DNA from: Chrysomallon squamiferum
Lineage: Eukaryota > Animalia > Mollusca
Assembly: GCA_012295275.1 (NCBI GenBank)
Contig: CM022665.1
Coordinates: 32,736,001-32,800,000 of the forward strand
DNA length: 64,000 nt
Reading direction: 5' to 3'
Positions 11,682 to 34,441 of this stretch are shown here, in pieces (within the stretch, counting starts at the first letter, position 1; the number at the start of each line of letters is the position of its first letter). Both the position numbers and the translations under genes were made by a program. Below the pieces are notes generated by a model. The model saw only the letters and a program-made list of their open reading frames with translations. It was not told the origin of the DNA and ran no database searches.

Positions 11682-14600
11682 ATATATATTTTTGGACATA
11701 TTTACAATTTAGTGAAATTCACATTGTTTGGTTATCTAACTTTTGATTACTGCTTGGTTTTGTCATGAATAAATGTGATGTACATAGCCAAAATATGTTT
11801 TTGCAAAACCCCTGTTATTTTATTTCCTTTGTTTACTTACAGTTATGCAAAATTTATTGTAAATATGCTGTTGATGTTTGAACAGGTATATCTTCTGTCA
11901 TTCTTAAGTTTTGTTGAAATCGTACTTTAATACTGTATGGAATATTCATCAATTTCCATAAATTATCTGTAGAAAACACACGCTTCTTTGCTTATCTGTC
12001 ACCATTGTTTACAAAATTCAATCGGCTGTTTCACTGCTATTTCACACACGTTTACCCAAATAAAATGGCAGACTGCAAATGAAAACATGTAGTTGTTTTC
12101 AAGAAAGGTCTGAGATATAGAAAAGATCAGCTCTGATGCACTTGGAATGCAATAAGAAAAATAATTGGACAATAATATTGTCTAACTTTAACACTGATTT
12201 TCTCAACTGCATCAGGGTTTTTTTGGGAGGGGTTGTTGTTTGTTTTTTTACTGCACTGTCTGGTCTTTTTGCATAGATCTCAGCCAATTTCCATTGGAAT
12301 CTTTTGAAGTGTTTAGATATTTTTCATTATACTAGTCCCCATGTTATAATGATAAAAAAAAAATCAAATAAAAATTTAATGATACAAATATATTCATTTG
12401 CTGTTTATGATTCTGTAAGAATGACATTTAAAAAGTCGAAAAACAAAACTAAAGCTAAACAGAGAAACAACAAAACCTCTCTGATTTACCTCCATTTACC
12501 TGCAAAATCTGAGTACATTTGACGTAGTTATGGAGATCCTGAAACAGTGAAAACAACCCAATCTGGGCCCCCTGATAGTTCAATTATTTTTGCAAGTTTT
12601 ATGTCTATTTCCTAATGAATAACTAACTTTGTGCAACATTTTTAGCTAAATGTGATAAGAATTTTAAAAAACAGATTTCACCACAAGGTCATGGAAATTG
12701 CTATTTATCATATATTGACATTTACATAGTAACATACACCAATACACACACTTATAGAGGCTATACAATTTTCAAATCAAAAACAAAACACATCTAACAG
12801 AAATATGCAGCTGTTTATGTGTATTGAAGATATATATTCTGCCATGTCCATGGTATTTTTAAAGTTCAAAGTAAGTTGCTCTCTTGCAATGATATTTCAC
12901 AAGTACATTAATAATATTTTTATTTTATATAACTAACTACATTAATTATATATTTAGTTAAACCTGGATTTATCTTCACTATTTTAAATTATCCTTCCCA
13001 CACTTTATAACTTCCTTCTCAATCGCAACTTCCTAATTCTTGGTTGTCAATGGTTTTATGATTGCTTTCACTTTCATAGTGTATTACCTATGTCCTTATT
13101 ATCTTATGTTATGTTAACAAATATGAACTTACTAGATTGCTGAATTTCTTCTTATGAATAGGTGATTTTTAAAAATATATTTGACATTAATAAATCAAAA
13201 GATCAAACAGAATTTATTTAAATAATACACATTTTTCTTTTTCTTTTTTTTAAATTTAATTAAAAAATGTGTGGGTATGGTTTTTATTTTATTTTAAATT
13301 TTATATCTATGATAATGTTTTAATAATTTCAGAAAATACTTTTAATATTTCGTTTTGGCCTTGTTAATCTAATATTATGAAATAAATATAAATATTTATA
13401 AAAGTTATTAACATGGAAAGAAAAAAAAAAAAAAAAACAGTACAGGAAGTATGATTTGGATATTAAATAAATGATTTAATAAAAAGAGAAACTAGTAGAG
13501 ATTACCCCTATAAAAAATGGCTGATAGCCAAAGAGTATCTGGCAGAAAGTTAAAAAGAAACAAGAATGATACTCTTTTCTTTCGTGTAAAGTATAATGAA
13601 GGTTATTTCATTATTTTCAAATGCTAACGTTTAATACAATTTGTCAGCTGGAATCAAGTAACATTTAATTTAATTAGCGGACATTTTTTTATCTCAAAAA
13701 AACTAACAGGTTTAAATGTGAAACTATACAAGTTTCCTACCAGATATAACAGTTAGTATTTTCCACTTATTATTATTATTATTATTTTATTTTTTTTAAG
13801 TAACAACAGTTATATAAAGAGAGGGTTTAAAGTTTCAAATACATTTATGACTGTTGTTATGGAACAAAAATTATTTTTTAAACACTAAGAATTTACAAGT
13901 AATACCAAATCAACAATTTGTATTCTTAAGCATATTAGACAAAGTCTAGCTATATTCCTTTCAGATAGTTAGTACCTAATGTTCTGTCTAGGAATAAAGT
14001 TATATACTAACAAAAGTAGCATTTCAGCAGTTTTGGTCCATGTATTTGAACACTTTTGCAATAACTCTTTAACTGTAGAACAGGTATAAATAAATGTCTA
14101 AAATAAAATGATAAATTTATTAAGAATACATTATACCTGTTCATTCAGTGAAATATTTTATTGAACTTTAGCTAGTATATTTGTGTGAAATCTTAATCTT
14201 GGTGTTGACTGTTTTAGCTACAGGGCTTTTCCCCATGTCTCACCTGGAATTATATGAAAAATAATTGATATCTTGACATCTGTTTTTATCTTTAACCTTA
14301 TACTTAGTGAATATTTCATCTAAATTAAATAAAGAACAGCAATGTCATATTGAGATATTCAAATCAAAACAAATCAGACTGCTATTTTTGTAACTTTTTA
14401 TGATTCTAAATACAGGATACCCTTTATAATATATATTAACTATAACTATCAGTTAAAGGTTAATTAAATGAATTTGATTTAATTAATTTATAAAAACATT
14501 TAACATTATTAACCAATTATCCATTGGCATTTATTTCCTAAAGCTTAGCTGTTGTTGTTTTTTTGCAAATAAATAATGCCAAAATAGTATATAGCAATTA

Positions 14601-14703
14601 ACATCAATGTTCAGACAGTACATGCTCATTCCTCCATGTTTACGAGGCTGCTCACTACTAACACTGAGTCTGATTAAAATGTGATGGGACACGAACCTGA
14701 TAA

Positions 14704-17700
14704 TAGGTATGTGCAGATACTCGCGATTAGCGGCTGCGGTTTCTTACCAATTAGCTGTTCCACAGAAATCGTGTTTTGCATGAGGGGGGGCACCGTTTGT
14801 TCGCTTTTCATTGGATCGTGTTATATTCTTTCCTTGGGATTTCTGCATACAAACTCAGACGGGATATTGATAAATGCTCACGATTTCGAATATTTTGATT
14901 CCGTTGAGTTTTTCTGTGCCTACGCTGCCTTTTAGAAAATTACGAATTTTCAACACGCTTGAACCACTAAAACCAGCTACTGGACACGAATGAAAGGTAA
15001 GTAGACATTAACTTTGGTTTTTTATCTTATTGTCTTTAAAATTTTATCAAAAGTTATGGTTTTTTTAAATTGTTATGATTGCCTCGTGAAATATGGTATT
15101 TTGGTCATTTCGGTGTTCGATCGCCATCATTGACACTTTTACAGAATTTTCAACATGCTACAATAACTAAAACCGGTTACGTGACACGAATGAAAAGTAG
15201 CTGGACATAATAATTAGTTTTTTATCTTATTGTCTTTAAAATTTTATCAAAATGCTTGGACGCATTCAACTGTTATGATCGCCTCGTCAAAAATGGTCTG
15301 TTGGTCATTTTGGTGTTCGGTCGCCATCTTGAAACTTTTACGGAATTTTCAACATGCTACAATAACCGGTTACTGGACACGAACGAAAAGTAGCTGGACA
15401 TAATAATTAGTTTTTTATCTTACTGTCTTTAAAATTTTATCAAAAGTTATGGTTTTTTTAAATTGTTATGATCGCCTCGTGAAATATGGTCTGTGTAATT
15501 TCGGTTTTCGATCGCCATCTTGAAACTTTTACGGAATTTTCAACATGCTACAATAACTAAAACCGGTTATGTGACACGAATGAAAAGAAGCTGGACATAA
15601 TAATTAGTTTTATTATCTTTGAAATTTTATGAAACAGCTTCGAGGCTCTTAATTGTAATTTTTACCTCGTGAAATATGGTTTGTTGGCGTTATATCGCCA
15701 GTTTGAGTTTCTGTCTTTTTCTTCAAAATTACGAATGTTCAACATGCTACAGTCACTAAAACCGGTTACATGAGACGAATGAAAAGTAGTTTTTTTTTAT
15801 CTAATTGTCTTTGAAATTTTGTCAAGCAGCTGCAAGCATGCTAACTAGTAACTCTAATCTTTATCTCGTCAAGCATGGTTATTTCGACGTTAGATTGCTG
15901 AAGTGAAAGTGTCATGGCAGACCAAACTTCCTGTATAAGGACTTACGTTTGAGAATGGATTATGCTGACTTAATACTTATTCTTCTTAAATTATCTTACA
16001 TAAGAATGATGGACAAATATGTTCCTAACAATATATTGGTATTTTCATCCATAATTGTCTCAAATCTCAAGATGTTTTAGGATTTTAAAATCATAAAATT
16101 GACCAAACAATTATAATTTCTAAACACCGAATCAAATAAGCACTTGCTATTGTATTCTGTGTGGATTTAATTTGTATTGGTCATTCAAATTTTGCATTTC
16201 TTTTCATATAATGGTGTGTTTTTTTTCAGTGTTTGGTTTGACCCACAGTTGATATTTCATTTTGGTAATATTGTCTTTCATAATTTCAACTTTTTAAAAC
16301 TTATTTCAGTTGTCTTCTCAGCTCTTTTCTTGTTTTTTTTCAGTGAATAACCAAAAGATGCCTTTGAGTAACAAGAGACAGTGCCTAATTAGATGTAACC
16401 AACCGAGCTTAAGTAGACAGCATCTGCAAGAAAAGTATTCCACAGTTCCTGCAACAGATGAGTTTTTGAAAGGACACATGCTTTATATTTACACTAGCTG
16501 TGATAACAGTCGAACAGCAACAGTTAGTGAATTATGCAGTCATTTTTCACTAACTCCTACCCCTGTGTTGAGACTTTCGCTTGAAGTGAAGAAAGTTGTG
16601 TACCAGTTCGATAAGTTTCGAAATCTGGCTTATGCTGTACAATTTACCAAATTTATGTGTTTCCCCAGAACCACACAATCTATTGGATAGCAGTTCACTC
16701 TGTGGAGAAGATTCAGAGGAACCTGCTATTCCAATATTGACAAAACCACCCATGAAAACCAGACAAACAAAAAAATGCCTTTCATGCAAGTTATTAAATA
16801 ACTCCTTAACAAATATGAGACTAAAACAGCTACAGCTTCAAAGGTCTACACACATTGCAATCCGAGATGTGAGAGCACAGCAAAAGAAAAATAATATTCA
16901 ATTTTGAATTCTAGTAGATTTTAAGGTCAATTTGTCGAATATTTCAAATATCATTTTTAATAAAATATTGTGTATAAATGTGTGCTTGCGTTTTAATTTT
17001 AAAATGTGCTAGAAAGATCTGGCGCTGTTGAAAATGATTATATTTCTATAATCTATGTTGATTATATTTTTAATAGCTTGTAGGATGCATGTTTTATTGG
17101 ATGTTGTGACTTTTACTAAATATAATATGTATTCGTTCTGAAATAAACGAATTAATATTGTTTTGCCGATTACTAGCATTTGATGTTAACTATAATCCTC
17201 TGCAATACATAAACTCGTATAATCCTTGGAGTCGACTCCAGAAAGGTGTTGCCGGTCTTTATTAGGAGCAATACAATGTGTATGTAATCATGACAATTAA
17301 AGACACAGGTATTGTAACTGACATTTGAAGCAGACAAAAGAATTTTCTTGGCTTTGTGTTCGTACTTCCTGTGCTTTGACAGCAAACAAAAGATACCTAT
17401 CAATGTATCATGTGACCATTGTTAATGTTTTCTCTGATGGAGCAAATCAAAATTTGAAGCAAAAATAGCCTAAGTTTTAAAACTGAACACTTTATGATTT
17501 ATCAGTTTATGGTTTTACGATTAAAAAGAAAAAGTTGTACGTTTCGTATTTAATATTCTATGAATACCTCTGGTAGTTAGATTCACAGAATACATTCATT
17601 GTACTGTTTTGTAGTACAGTTTGTTTATTTCTGATCGTATTCATATTATAATGTATATACTTTAGAAATCCGAACACTGGAGAAAACTATGCATCCTAAA

Positions 17701-18578
17701 AGTTACTAAAAATATAAACATAGCTTCTATCATTTTAAATAGCAGAGGTTCTTTTTTTCTTTCTTTCTTTATTTTTTTTTTTTTTTTTTTTTTAATTTAT
17801 TTTTAGGCAAGCAATATACATTTGTGGACATAACTTTTGTTATAAATTTACACGCCATTGGTATTAACAGCGACGACATGTACGATGTTAGAAATATCGA
17901 ACTTTGACCTTCCTGGGTGCTAAAAATAGCCTTGCTAAAAATAGTCGGTGTCGAGCAAAGGCGACACCGCCTTCAGATGAGCGCTTCGTAGAGCGACACC
18001 GCTTTAGCTTTAGGGATGTTCACAAAGTTCGCTTACCCCCACCACGTTTAACACTCTCATACAAACTACTGATTTAACACATAACAAAAACAACATCACC
18101 ATTTAAAAGAGCGCATATTAATCTGTATTTGAGTGTAATTGTTTTTCATGTTAAATTTTACAGAAGGGATTTGGGAGGGGCGGGAAATGGACAAAATCGG
18201 CACTTTTACCACTTACGTTTGTTAGGCTGCTGGTATCTTAATTAATAATTTCTTTTTAATTTTTACAAATATAATCGATAGCAGAGATTGGCATTGGTCT
18301 TCTCTGAAAATTTCATCAAGAAAGCTTGATTATTAACAAAGATAGATGGGAAAATGTTAAAATATTACAATTTTTGGTCACAGACCTCTAATGACTTATA
18401 TAGCGTTTAATCGGACGAAAAAAATTGCCTTTCCGGGGGTTTAAAATTGCTGCTACTTCCTTAATTTTTTACATATTCACTTGATCTTGGTATCATTTTA
18501 AAGTGGTTTACAAGCTCTACCCAACTGTCTTATTAATTTTCAGATTAGTGGGGTTTGAAAAATTTATCCACATACCTA
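14704..18578 (+). mobile_element. 3.9-kb DNA transposon derivative with short TIR (TAGGTATGTG) and 7-bp TSD; possibly hAT superfamily (hATw-like)
   Basis: CTGATAA|TAGGTATGTG at 14697-14713 and CACATACCTA|CTGATAA at 18569-18585. The interior is CpG-richer than the host, with a tandem array and broken ORFs at 16358-16907. Confidence 0.7.
14940..15900. repeat. Tandem array of five ~200-bp units inside the 7-bp-TSD element
   Basis: The anchor GAATTTTCAAC recurs at 14944, 15144, 15343, 15534 and 15733 (periods 200, 199, 191, 199; the last copy reads GAATGTTCAAC). Shared motifs include ACACGAATGAAAAGTAGCTGGACATAA and CCTCGTGAAATATGGT. Confidence 0.9.
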
Positions 18579-18697
18579 CTGATAAAGTCACGATTAATCA
18601 TTTAATGATTATGATTATCATATGACGATTTAAAAATATTTCATAACTTGTATGTTAACCGAGTCACAGAACATGACTGTATACTATTTCTTGTTAC

Positions 18698-18847
18698 CTG
18701 CACTAAAGTTTCTTGGGAGAGTCCAGAGGCTCTGAAAAGCTCTGATGCTTTAATTCCAGTAATTTTCCCAGATCCGTCAACATCACAGTTCTGAAATAAT
18801 TCACCGTAAAACTGCTGTTCTTGTTCGCTTAGCTTTAATCCCTCCAT
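18698..18847 (-). CDS. REPS1: REPS1/REPS2 (RalBP1-associated Eps domain protein), coding exon 1
   Basis: ATG at 18847. The 50 codons MEGLKLSEQEQQFYGELFQNCDVDGSGKITGIKASELFRASGLSQETLVQ closely resemble the vertebrate REPS1 N-terminal EH domain ([22 protein letters not shown]...). Phase-0 donor CAG|GTAACA at 18698. Confidence 0.93.
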
Positions 18848-20040
18848 CCTACATATACATGCAATGCTCTTGGTTTAGTCAGACGAAATTGTTCAGAAAT
18901 AAAACGCATCCATAACTGTTCTAGTATTGCATTTTACTGATCATTCTACAAAGATCAGATACACACATCACTTAAAATCTCAAAATCCATCCCGGTGATG
19001 ACTCCATCTTTAATCGATTCTCGGCCACTACTCATGCGATGCACTCAGAACAAATTATTTTTCTGTCATTTATAAAATTATTTTTTAATCTTGTTGACAT
19101 TAAATGTGTTTGAACAAATTTGCTTTTGAATAACGTTACTTAATTTGAAGTATTATATTTCTGTGTCTAAAATAAAATATAATTTGGACATAAATTAATT
19201 TAGGACAAATTGTTTGAGATCATTGCGGTCTATAATTATTGCAGGATAATTTGTTTCTCCATATTATCATCATGTTAGTATTCACATACATATACATATA
19301 TATTATGTCAAAATATACGTCTTATTTAAATTATGTATTTAAATATTTTTATATTTAAATTTGTTAATTATGTATTTCACTATTCCGCAGAAATTTTCTA
19401 CTACATTCCCTACCACTATTATTAACTGGTGATATTGAAACCTAAAAGTTAAATAATATATATATATATATATATGTATGAGTGTGTTTTGTCTACATAA
19501 TTAGAATGTTTTTTGCAAAAACTAAAATGAAAATGAAAAATATTAAAAGCTTACTTATATTCACCTATATTCAAGGTTATGCCATAAATAATTATCCGAA
19601 AGCTTATAATCTAAGTAGCGTTATACAATCGTAGACTTAGGCATTCTAATCAGGTGTAAGTCTAATTTCAATGTTAGTGAAGTAAACTAAAATACGTTTT
19701 GCTGTTATATATAGTTCGGTAATTTTTAATTTGTTTATGGAAGACGAATTTTTCATTTTCACTTTCTAAGTATTTCGTTATCAATAAACATTTCCCTTTG
19801 TATAACAATAAAAAATAAATTTTAAATACTTAAGTTTTCATTCTTCTTCTTAATAATAATAATAATATTATAAAGTTCTGTTAACTCCATAACAGATTTC
19901 TTTGAAAAATTACTACATACTAATAGGATTACCAGATTTCACAGAACATTCTAATATTTAGTTAATGTCAGCGGAATAAGAGCAAATTTTAAAACATAAA
20001 ATAACTCTCTCTTGGTGGGTATCTTCTTTTGAAAATAACT

Positions 20041-20041
<1 letters not shown>

Positions 20042-20093
<52 letters not shown>
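20042..20093. repeat. (TAA)n microsatellite in the bidirectional promoter region
   Basis: About 17 perfect TAA units. Confidence 0.95.
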
Positions 20094-20094
<1 letters not shown>

Positions 20095-20387
20095 CTTAGT
20101 ATATATCATTTTATAAAGGCTATTAAGTTTACATTATTTCTGTTTTATCAATGATCGGATGTTCAGTGGTCCAGTGAACCAATATACTGGACAAATTTAT
20201 CCTAATTATTAATTTATTTATTAGTTTATTTCTTAGTATCTTTATTTCCTGATTTACGCTAAAATATATTATTATTCTTATATTTTAATTTATTCTAGTC
20301 CCCAACAACGACCTACTTAATATTTTGTAAAATCTTAATAAATGATAGGAAAATAGTACGCATTATATTTCGGTGGACTTTGTGAAA

Positions 20388-20396
20388 TTTGGCGCG
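20388..20396 (+). promoter_or_regulatory. E2F consensus site TTTGGCGCG about 80 bp upstream of the RBBP4 ATG
   Basis: Exact match to TTTSSCGC. A second E2F-like TTTTGGCGG lies on the minus strand near 20736-20744 in intron 1. This fits cell-cycle regulation of a CAF-1/DREAM subunit (inference). Confidence 0.5.
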
Positions 20397-20477
20397 AGTT
20401 GTTTTATGGTGTTTATAAAAGTGGTGTAGATTTTAAAAATATTTATTTTAACAAAAATCTAATTATTTCGAACAAGA

Positions 20478-28983
<8,506 letters not shown>

Positions 28984-31927
28984 GCTCATATACTTTGTGC
29001 TGATAATTACAAAAGAATTCTTTTCTTTGTTATTTACTTTAAATGTGTATGATTTAGCCCATTCTTGATCTAGCAACTCAAAAATTACACATTAAGCATG
29101 GAGGAGGTCATCCGTTAAAATCAGATGTTAAGGATAGAATTAAAAAAAACAATCATGTTCATCTAAAAGATGACACATCAAAAACATGACATTTTCAAAC
29201 AACACACACAAAAGATGTTTAAATGCAAAGTGTGTGGGTTGTAGTTAACAAAATTTATGTTGAGATAGATGTTCAAGTCATTCTTATTACATTTTATTTG
29301 AAACCAATTTGGAATTTAAATTTTTTTGGCAGTAAGACTTTCTCAGTATTTTGATATAAACATACAAATGATTTCAGTCATCAGTCATCTTGATTTAAAT
29401 TCTGTTTGTAAATTATTGGGAAACAACAGGCATAACAAAAAGCAAAGAATAATTATAAATATGCTTATTAATTCTGTGAATTAAATTGTTTTGTAATTGT
29501 TTTAGTAATTATGTTGTAATTTTCATTGGCCTGCATTGTCCAAGTTGACCATCCAGTTTCCTGGTACCTTACCATATAAATACTATTGCTATCACTTGCA
29601 AAACAGGCACCCCATACTAATTTATATGTCTGCATTTATTGTTATAATCTACTAATGTTTAATCCTAACCACGGTTTCAGTGAATAAAGCAAAATCTTCT
29701 CATGGTGTAAAGTGCATACAACATATATCATCCATAAAAGATAAGCTTGAACTTTGTTTTTAAAAAAATGATACTGTTGCTTCATGGTATTTCAAAGGTA
29801 GTATAAGGTGGTGAGTTTGTTGATTTAAGTACACTGTTTTATCTCACTGATACTGGATTATTGATGGTCTACCTTTATTTTCAAAAAACTGAACTGTCAT
29901 AAAAGAATCTGAAGAAAGAAAAAAGCTTTGGGGGGATTAATAAAAAACTATGACTTTTACAATTTGATTTGTTTATTCATTTACTAATGTCAGATGTCAT
30001 GAAATTGATGCCATATATAGATTTGAAGTAGTAGTATGAATAATCTAAATAAACTATATTTTTAACCAACTGATTTCATGCTAATATTTTAAAATGAACA
30101 AAGATCAGTCAGTAACCAAGTAAACATTAATTCGGTAGTATAAATGAGAAACTTCTGGATTGTTAAATTTTTTTACCTTTCTGTTAATGTGAGAAAAACC
30201 ATATTTTGAATATCCTAAAATAAGACTAGAAATGTTAAATGCCTAATTAATATACCAAACACTGGAATAGTTTAAGATAAGTTTTTTTTAATCATACTTT
30301 TTGCATTAACTTATTTGTGTAGTCCTGTGAATTTTTTATTTTATTTTTTGCCAAACAAAAACATTTTTGACAAAACTGCATGTTTCAATATTTTATTAGC
30401 TACTTGTACATATTTATATGTATTGTACAAGAGTAAATCCATTTATGCTTTTTACAAAATAACTGGTAACCATTTTAGTTGTGCACATTCAGTATGAACT
30501 GTAAAAGCACCACATACAATGAATTATTGGTCTATGACAAGTACTCCATTAAAAATAGCAGAATCACATATTCCAATAAATCACAATTTATCAACACTTC
30601 ACACGAAGTGCTGGTAAAATATCACTTTTAATTACAACCGCAAACACACTGGCTACATTCTGCCATGCTTTCTTTTTTTAAATATTTTTCACCATATGCT
30701 TCAAAGTAATTATGAACTGAAAAATTTACCAAAAATAACCAATTTTTATTGGTTGAATTATTACAATTTTTTTTTTTTAAATGTTTAAAAGCAATCAAAC
30801 ATCTAGGTAAACCAGCTATCACTTGAGCATAAGCCAGTGTGTTTTAGTTTCATTTTATACTGTACTATTTGAGCATGACTAAATTGTATGTTCAGTCAAC
30901 TTTCAAATATATCAATAAATGTCTAAAAAGCACAATATCAATAGATTTATGAAAAAAATGGTTAAATTTTAGGCTATAGTTTTCTGCTGAAGAAAATCTT
31001 TTTGCTTGCCAAAATAAAAATGGCCTGTATTAGTGCTTACGAGAATCTGTCATTATTCTGAAAACATTTTATTTTTATTTATAACAGCTGTTGTACAAAT
31101 AGAATCACTGGATAAAAATGTTAAATCACTACCTCCATTTTTATTAGATAGTCAAACACTGTTCCCCTTGCTTGCTCTGAACAGTTGTCAACGTTGCCTT
31201 AATTTTTGTTTCTTGTCCACTTACTTTTTTTCACAAGTTTTATTTATTTGCCCCATTTGTGCAAATTCATAAGCAACAAAATTCTGGTGAAACAACTGTA
31301 ATGGTTTAGAAATAAAACCCAGCAGAGACTACATGATCTACTAGTGATTGAACAAAGTATGCAAAAATATATCCATCTAAAAATTCTGAGTATCCACTAC
31401 TGAAATATAACTGTTTCAGCCTTTTGTGTCAACCATTTAGATTTTGATAGTATTGTCAAATACAAATCAAAGAGTTCCAGATTTGCAGAGAGCCACTTTG
31501 TTATATTAAACTTGTGTTACTGGTATTTCAACTAAGCATTTCCTTCATGGTCATGACATTCTTTCACAGACGTGCATGTAGAAAATACATTAAAGTTCAG
31601 AAATCAGATTGCTGATGTGATGAGCCATGAATTTAAATTTCCTGACAAATCACTAAATTTATTATTTTTTAATGTGAAACAAAAAGTATCACAATGCTTT
31701 CTTTAATATATAATACATATACACAAAAAATATATATATTTCAGTGTCGGCATCTATTTATATGTATATATTACATACACTGACAATTCTGATTAGTTTT
31801 CTAAAATATGTTAAAAAGATAAACCTTTTCAATGATCTGTTGGTATGCTTCAGGTACCTGTATTTCTGAATTATTATTTTTTTTTAATTACATCAAATAT
31901 AAAGTCTTTAAATTAGTTGTGACAAAA

Positions 31928-31947
31928 TGTGTGTGTGTGTGTGTGTG

Positions 31948-31993
<46 letters not shown>
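31928..31993. repeat. (TG)n-TA-(CA)n compound microsatellite, self-complementary
   Basis: A TG run followed directly by a CA run. Confidence 0.92.
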
Positions 31994-31995
<2 letters not shown>

Positions 31996-34441
31996 AAAGA
32001 AAACCCTGCAAAACAACCACAAAAAACCCCTGAAAACCAAAAACATTAAAATGTTTCTGTATTTCAGGATAACATACAAAATACTGTCAGAAACGCAATT
32101 TAAAATTAAACTTGTATTTAAAACTGATCTTAAATAAACCTGACCAAATTCTAAGTAACATGCAAACTTTAGAATTAAATTCAACAGTTCATTTGAGTCC
32201 ATATTCCTTTTCAAGTGTTTCAGCTTTTTGCAGTAGGATTAGTCTGGGTATACTGTCCTGTAAATATATGTAGTAAAGAAAACTGTCCATTTTTTATTAT
32301 TATGTTCAGTATTTTAATAATTATTTCATAAATTATTTTATGTGACAGGACACATTAACTTCAGTGGGAAGATGATAAATAATTTAGCATTAATGAACAA
32401 TCGGAATACGGATTCAAAAGAAACTTTTGAAACTGATTAAAGCTGCTGAATAGGTTAGAATATATGTTTAGTTTCTAAGTTGAAGCTGTTGACATTACTG
32501 TATTTTTTGTTTACTTTTTTGGTTTTGTTTTCTTAATAAAAACAGAAAATAGTGATTATAAAATAACAAAAGTAACATTTTTAAAGTGACTTTCAGAAAA
32601 GATGATAAAACAGCACATTATTTTGCCAAAACAAATAAAATAAAGCACACTGAAGGGTAGATGGCATGAATGATGTCAATCCAAAATGCAGGACAATGCA
32701 TTCAAATCAACCTTCACCAGGAAAGATGAATTTATAAACAGCAGGGGAGACAACTCTTGTGGTCGTAAATCACAAGGCTCTGGTGCAAACATTCCACAAC
32801 ATCATGAACCTAAACAAAAGACAAATGGACTCATTTTAAAAAAAGATAATAAGCACTGTGCAGTATTTGGATTGTTTTTGTATACTGAAAACAAAACTAA
32901 ATAATTCAATCATGTTGTTTTACAGTTTACTGAACACCCCCTAGTCCAAATTATATCCAGCTGCTTGTGAAAGATGGAACATAGAAGAATATGCTAACGG
33001 TGGCAAAACAAGACAATACTAGACTAAATAAGAAGCGTGCTGGAACAAAATGCAAATTACATAACTAATAGGAAACAACAGTCTTTAAGTCAAAAACATG
33101 CAAATGTAAAAACCAAATATCTGTTTTCTAACCATTATCCATTTTTTTCCCCCTTCTTTAAAACTTTTTAATGCCAACTATGAATAACTTATTTAAAAAC
33201 AAAAAACAAAAAAACATATTTTAGTATGTTATTCCAGATAGCAAAAACGGTGAAATAAGAATCAGAGAGAAACATTTCTATATTTTAAAAAACATTCTAA
33301 TGCCATTAAGATATAATTACTAAATCTCTACAGACTATTCCTGACTCAACTGATCAGTAAACAGAAAACAAAGTCTGTAACACTATTGTGATTTTATTGT
33401 GACTTTGGAACATAACAGAAAGGATTGACAAAAAAATTCACCCAAAATAAATAAGTCTTGATGTTTGTGTGCTACACATGAGTGCATATACATGTTGACT
33501 GTATCATGTATGCACTTTATTTTCTGCATTAAATGTTAAGTTAAACGTAATTATATTAAATTATACAGCTGTATCTACTGTTTCCAATTATATTAACAAC
33601 ATGTACTTGTTTTAATTCTGGTGTGGAATTTCTTCTGTTCTTTTTTTAATAAATTTGTTTAATACTGCAATATATACAGTTATAAAGTTGCAAATGCAAC
33701 ATTTTCAGAATGCACTTACGGATTATTTTTCTCCTCTTCAACTATTACAAAATAATGCGAACAATAAGATTCAGAAAATGTATAAATATTGTTAAAATTA
33801 AAAATAATAAATGATTTTTAAAAATATATTTATTTATTAATTATTAATTATTTGTATTATTATTATTATTATTATGATGCTTTAAAATTTACTTTGTTTC
33901 ATTAATCCTGAAGCAAACATTTCAAACATGCATGACCTTTTTTACCTTAACTGGATTGAAATAAAACAGGTAATTCTGAAATACTAACACACTAAAAGCA
34001 TGAAAATATTTAATTTAGCTGTGTTGTGTCACACACCAACATTAACAATAAAAATATTTTATACTTGTATTTAATTCACCCTTAACTACATAAGAAAACC
34101 TCTTTTCTATGGATATATGGTGAAATGGTTTATGTTTTGCATATGTTAATTTTGACCACAAACCAAAACAGTATCACATGGAATAATTCAGAAACAAAAA
34201 AAAATAACAACTCTATTTACAATACTGTTTTATAACAGTGTATTTGAAAACAAACATATTTATCCCCATTATTCTACCTTGTTATTAAGTTTTTTAATTT
34301 ATGTGTATTTTCAACAGTTAACCTTTTTCTAAAAGGTCATGAAAATCAGTTTACTGAAAACCAAACATTTTAAGGATCTTCATTAATTTCTTTTAAATTA
34401 TTATTTTTTTTAAAAGAATATTCCACAAAGAAATGATAATA

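Larger units (their letters stand above)
18848..20477. promoter_or_regulatory. Divergent intergenic/promoter region between the REPS and RBBP4 start codons (about 1.6 kb)
   Basis: Head-to-head ATGs at 18847 (-) and 20478 (+). CpG-containing patches occur near 18990-19050 and 20350-20640 in otherwise CpG-poor DNA. Confidence 0.7.

Noticed and set aside
2199-12522. Numerous 60-99 aa hydrophobic or Lys-rich ORFs in REPS intron 1 outside the transposase remnants
   Set aside because: Compositional artefacts of AT-rich intron DNA, with no motifs or consistent splice structure.
14641-14700. TACGAGG start resembling a mariner TIR
   Set aside because: No matching inverted end was found. The better-supported element boundary is at 14704 with a 7-bp TSD.
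14940-15900. Regularly spaced repeats that could suggest a CRISPR array
   Set aside because: The whole ~200-bp units are homologous, with no unique spacers. The context is a eukaryotic intron with no cas genes.
31888-32214. 108-aa hydrophobic ORF with a CVCVCV run
   Set aside because: Translation of the (TG)/(CA) microsatellite and AT-rich UTR sequence.
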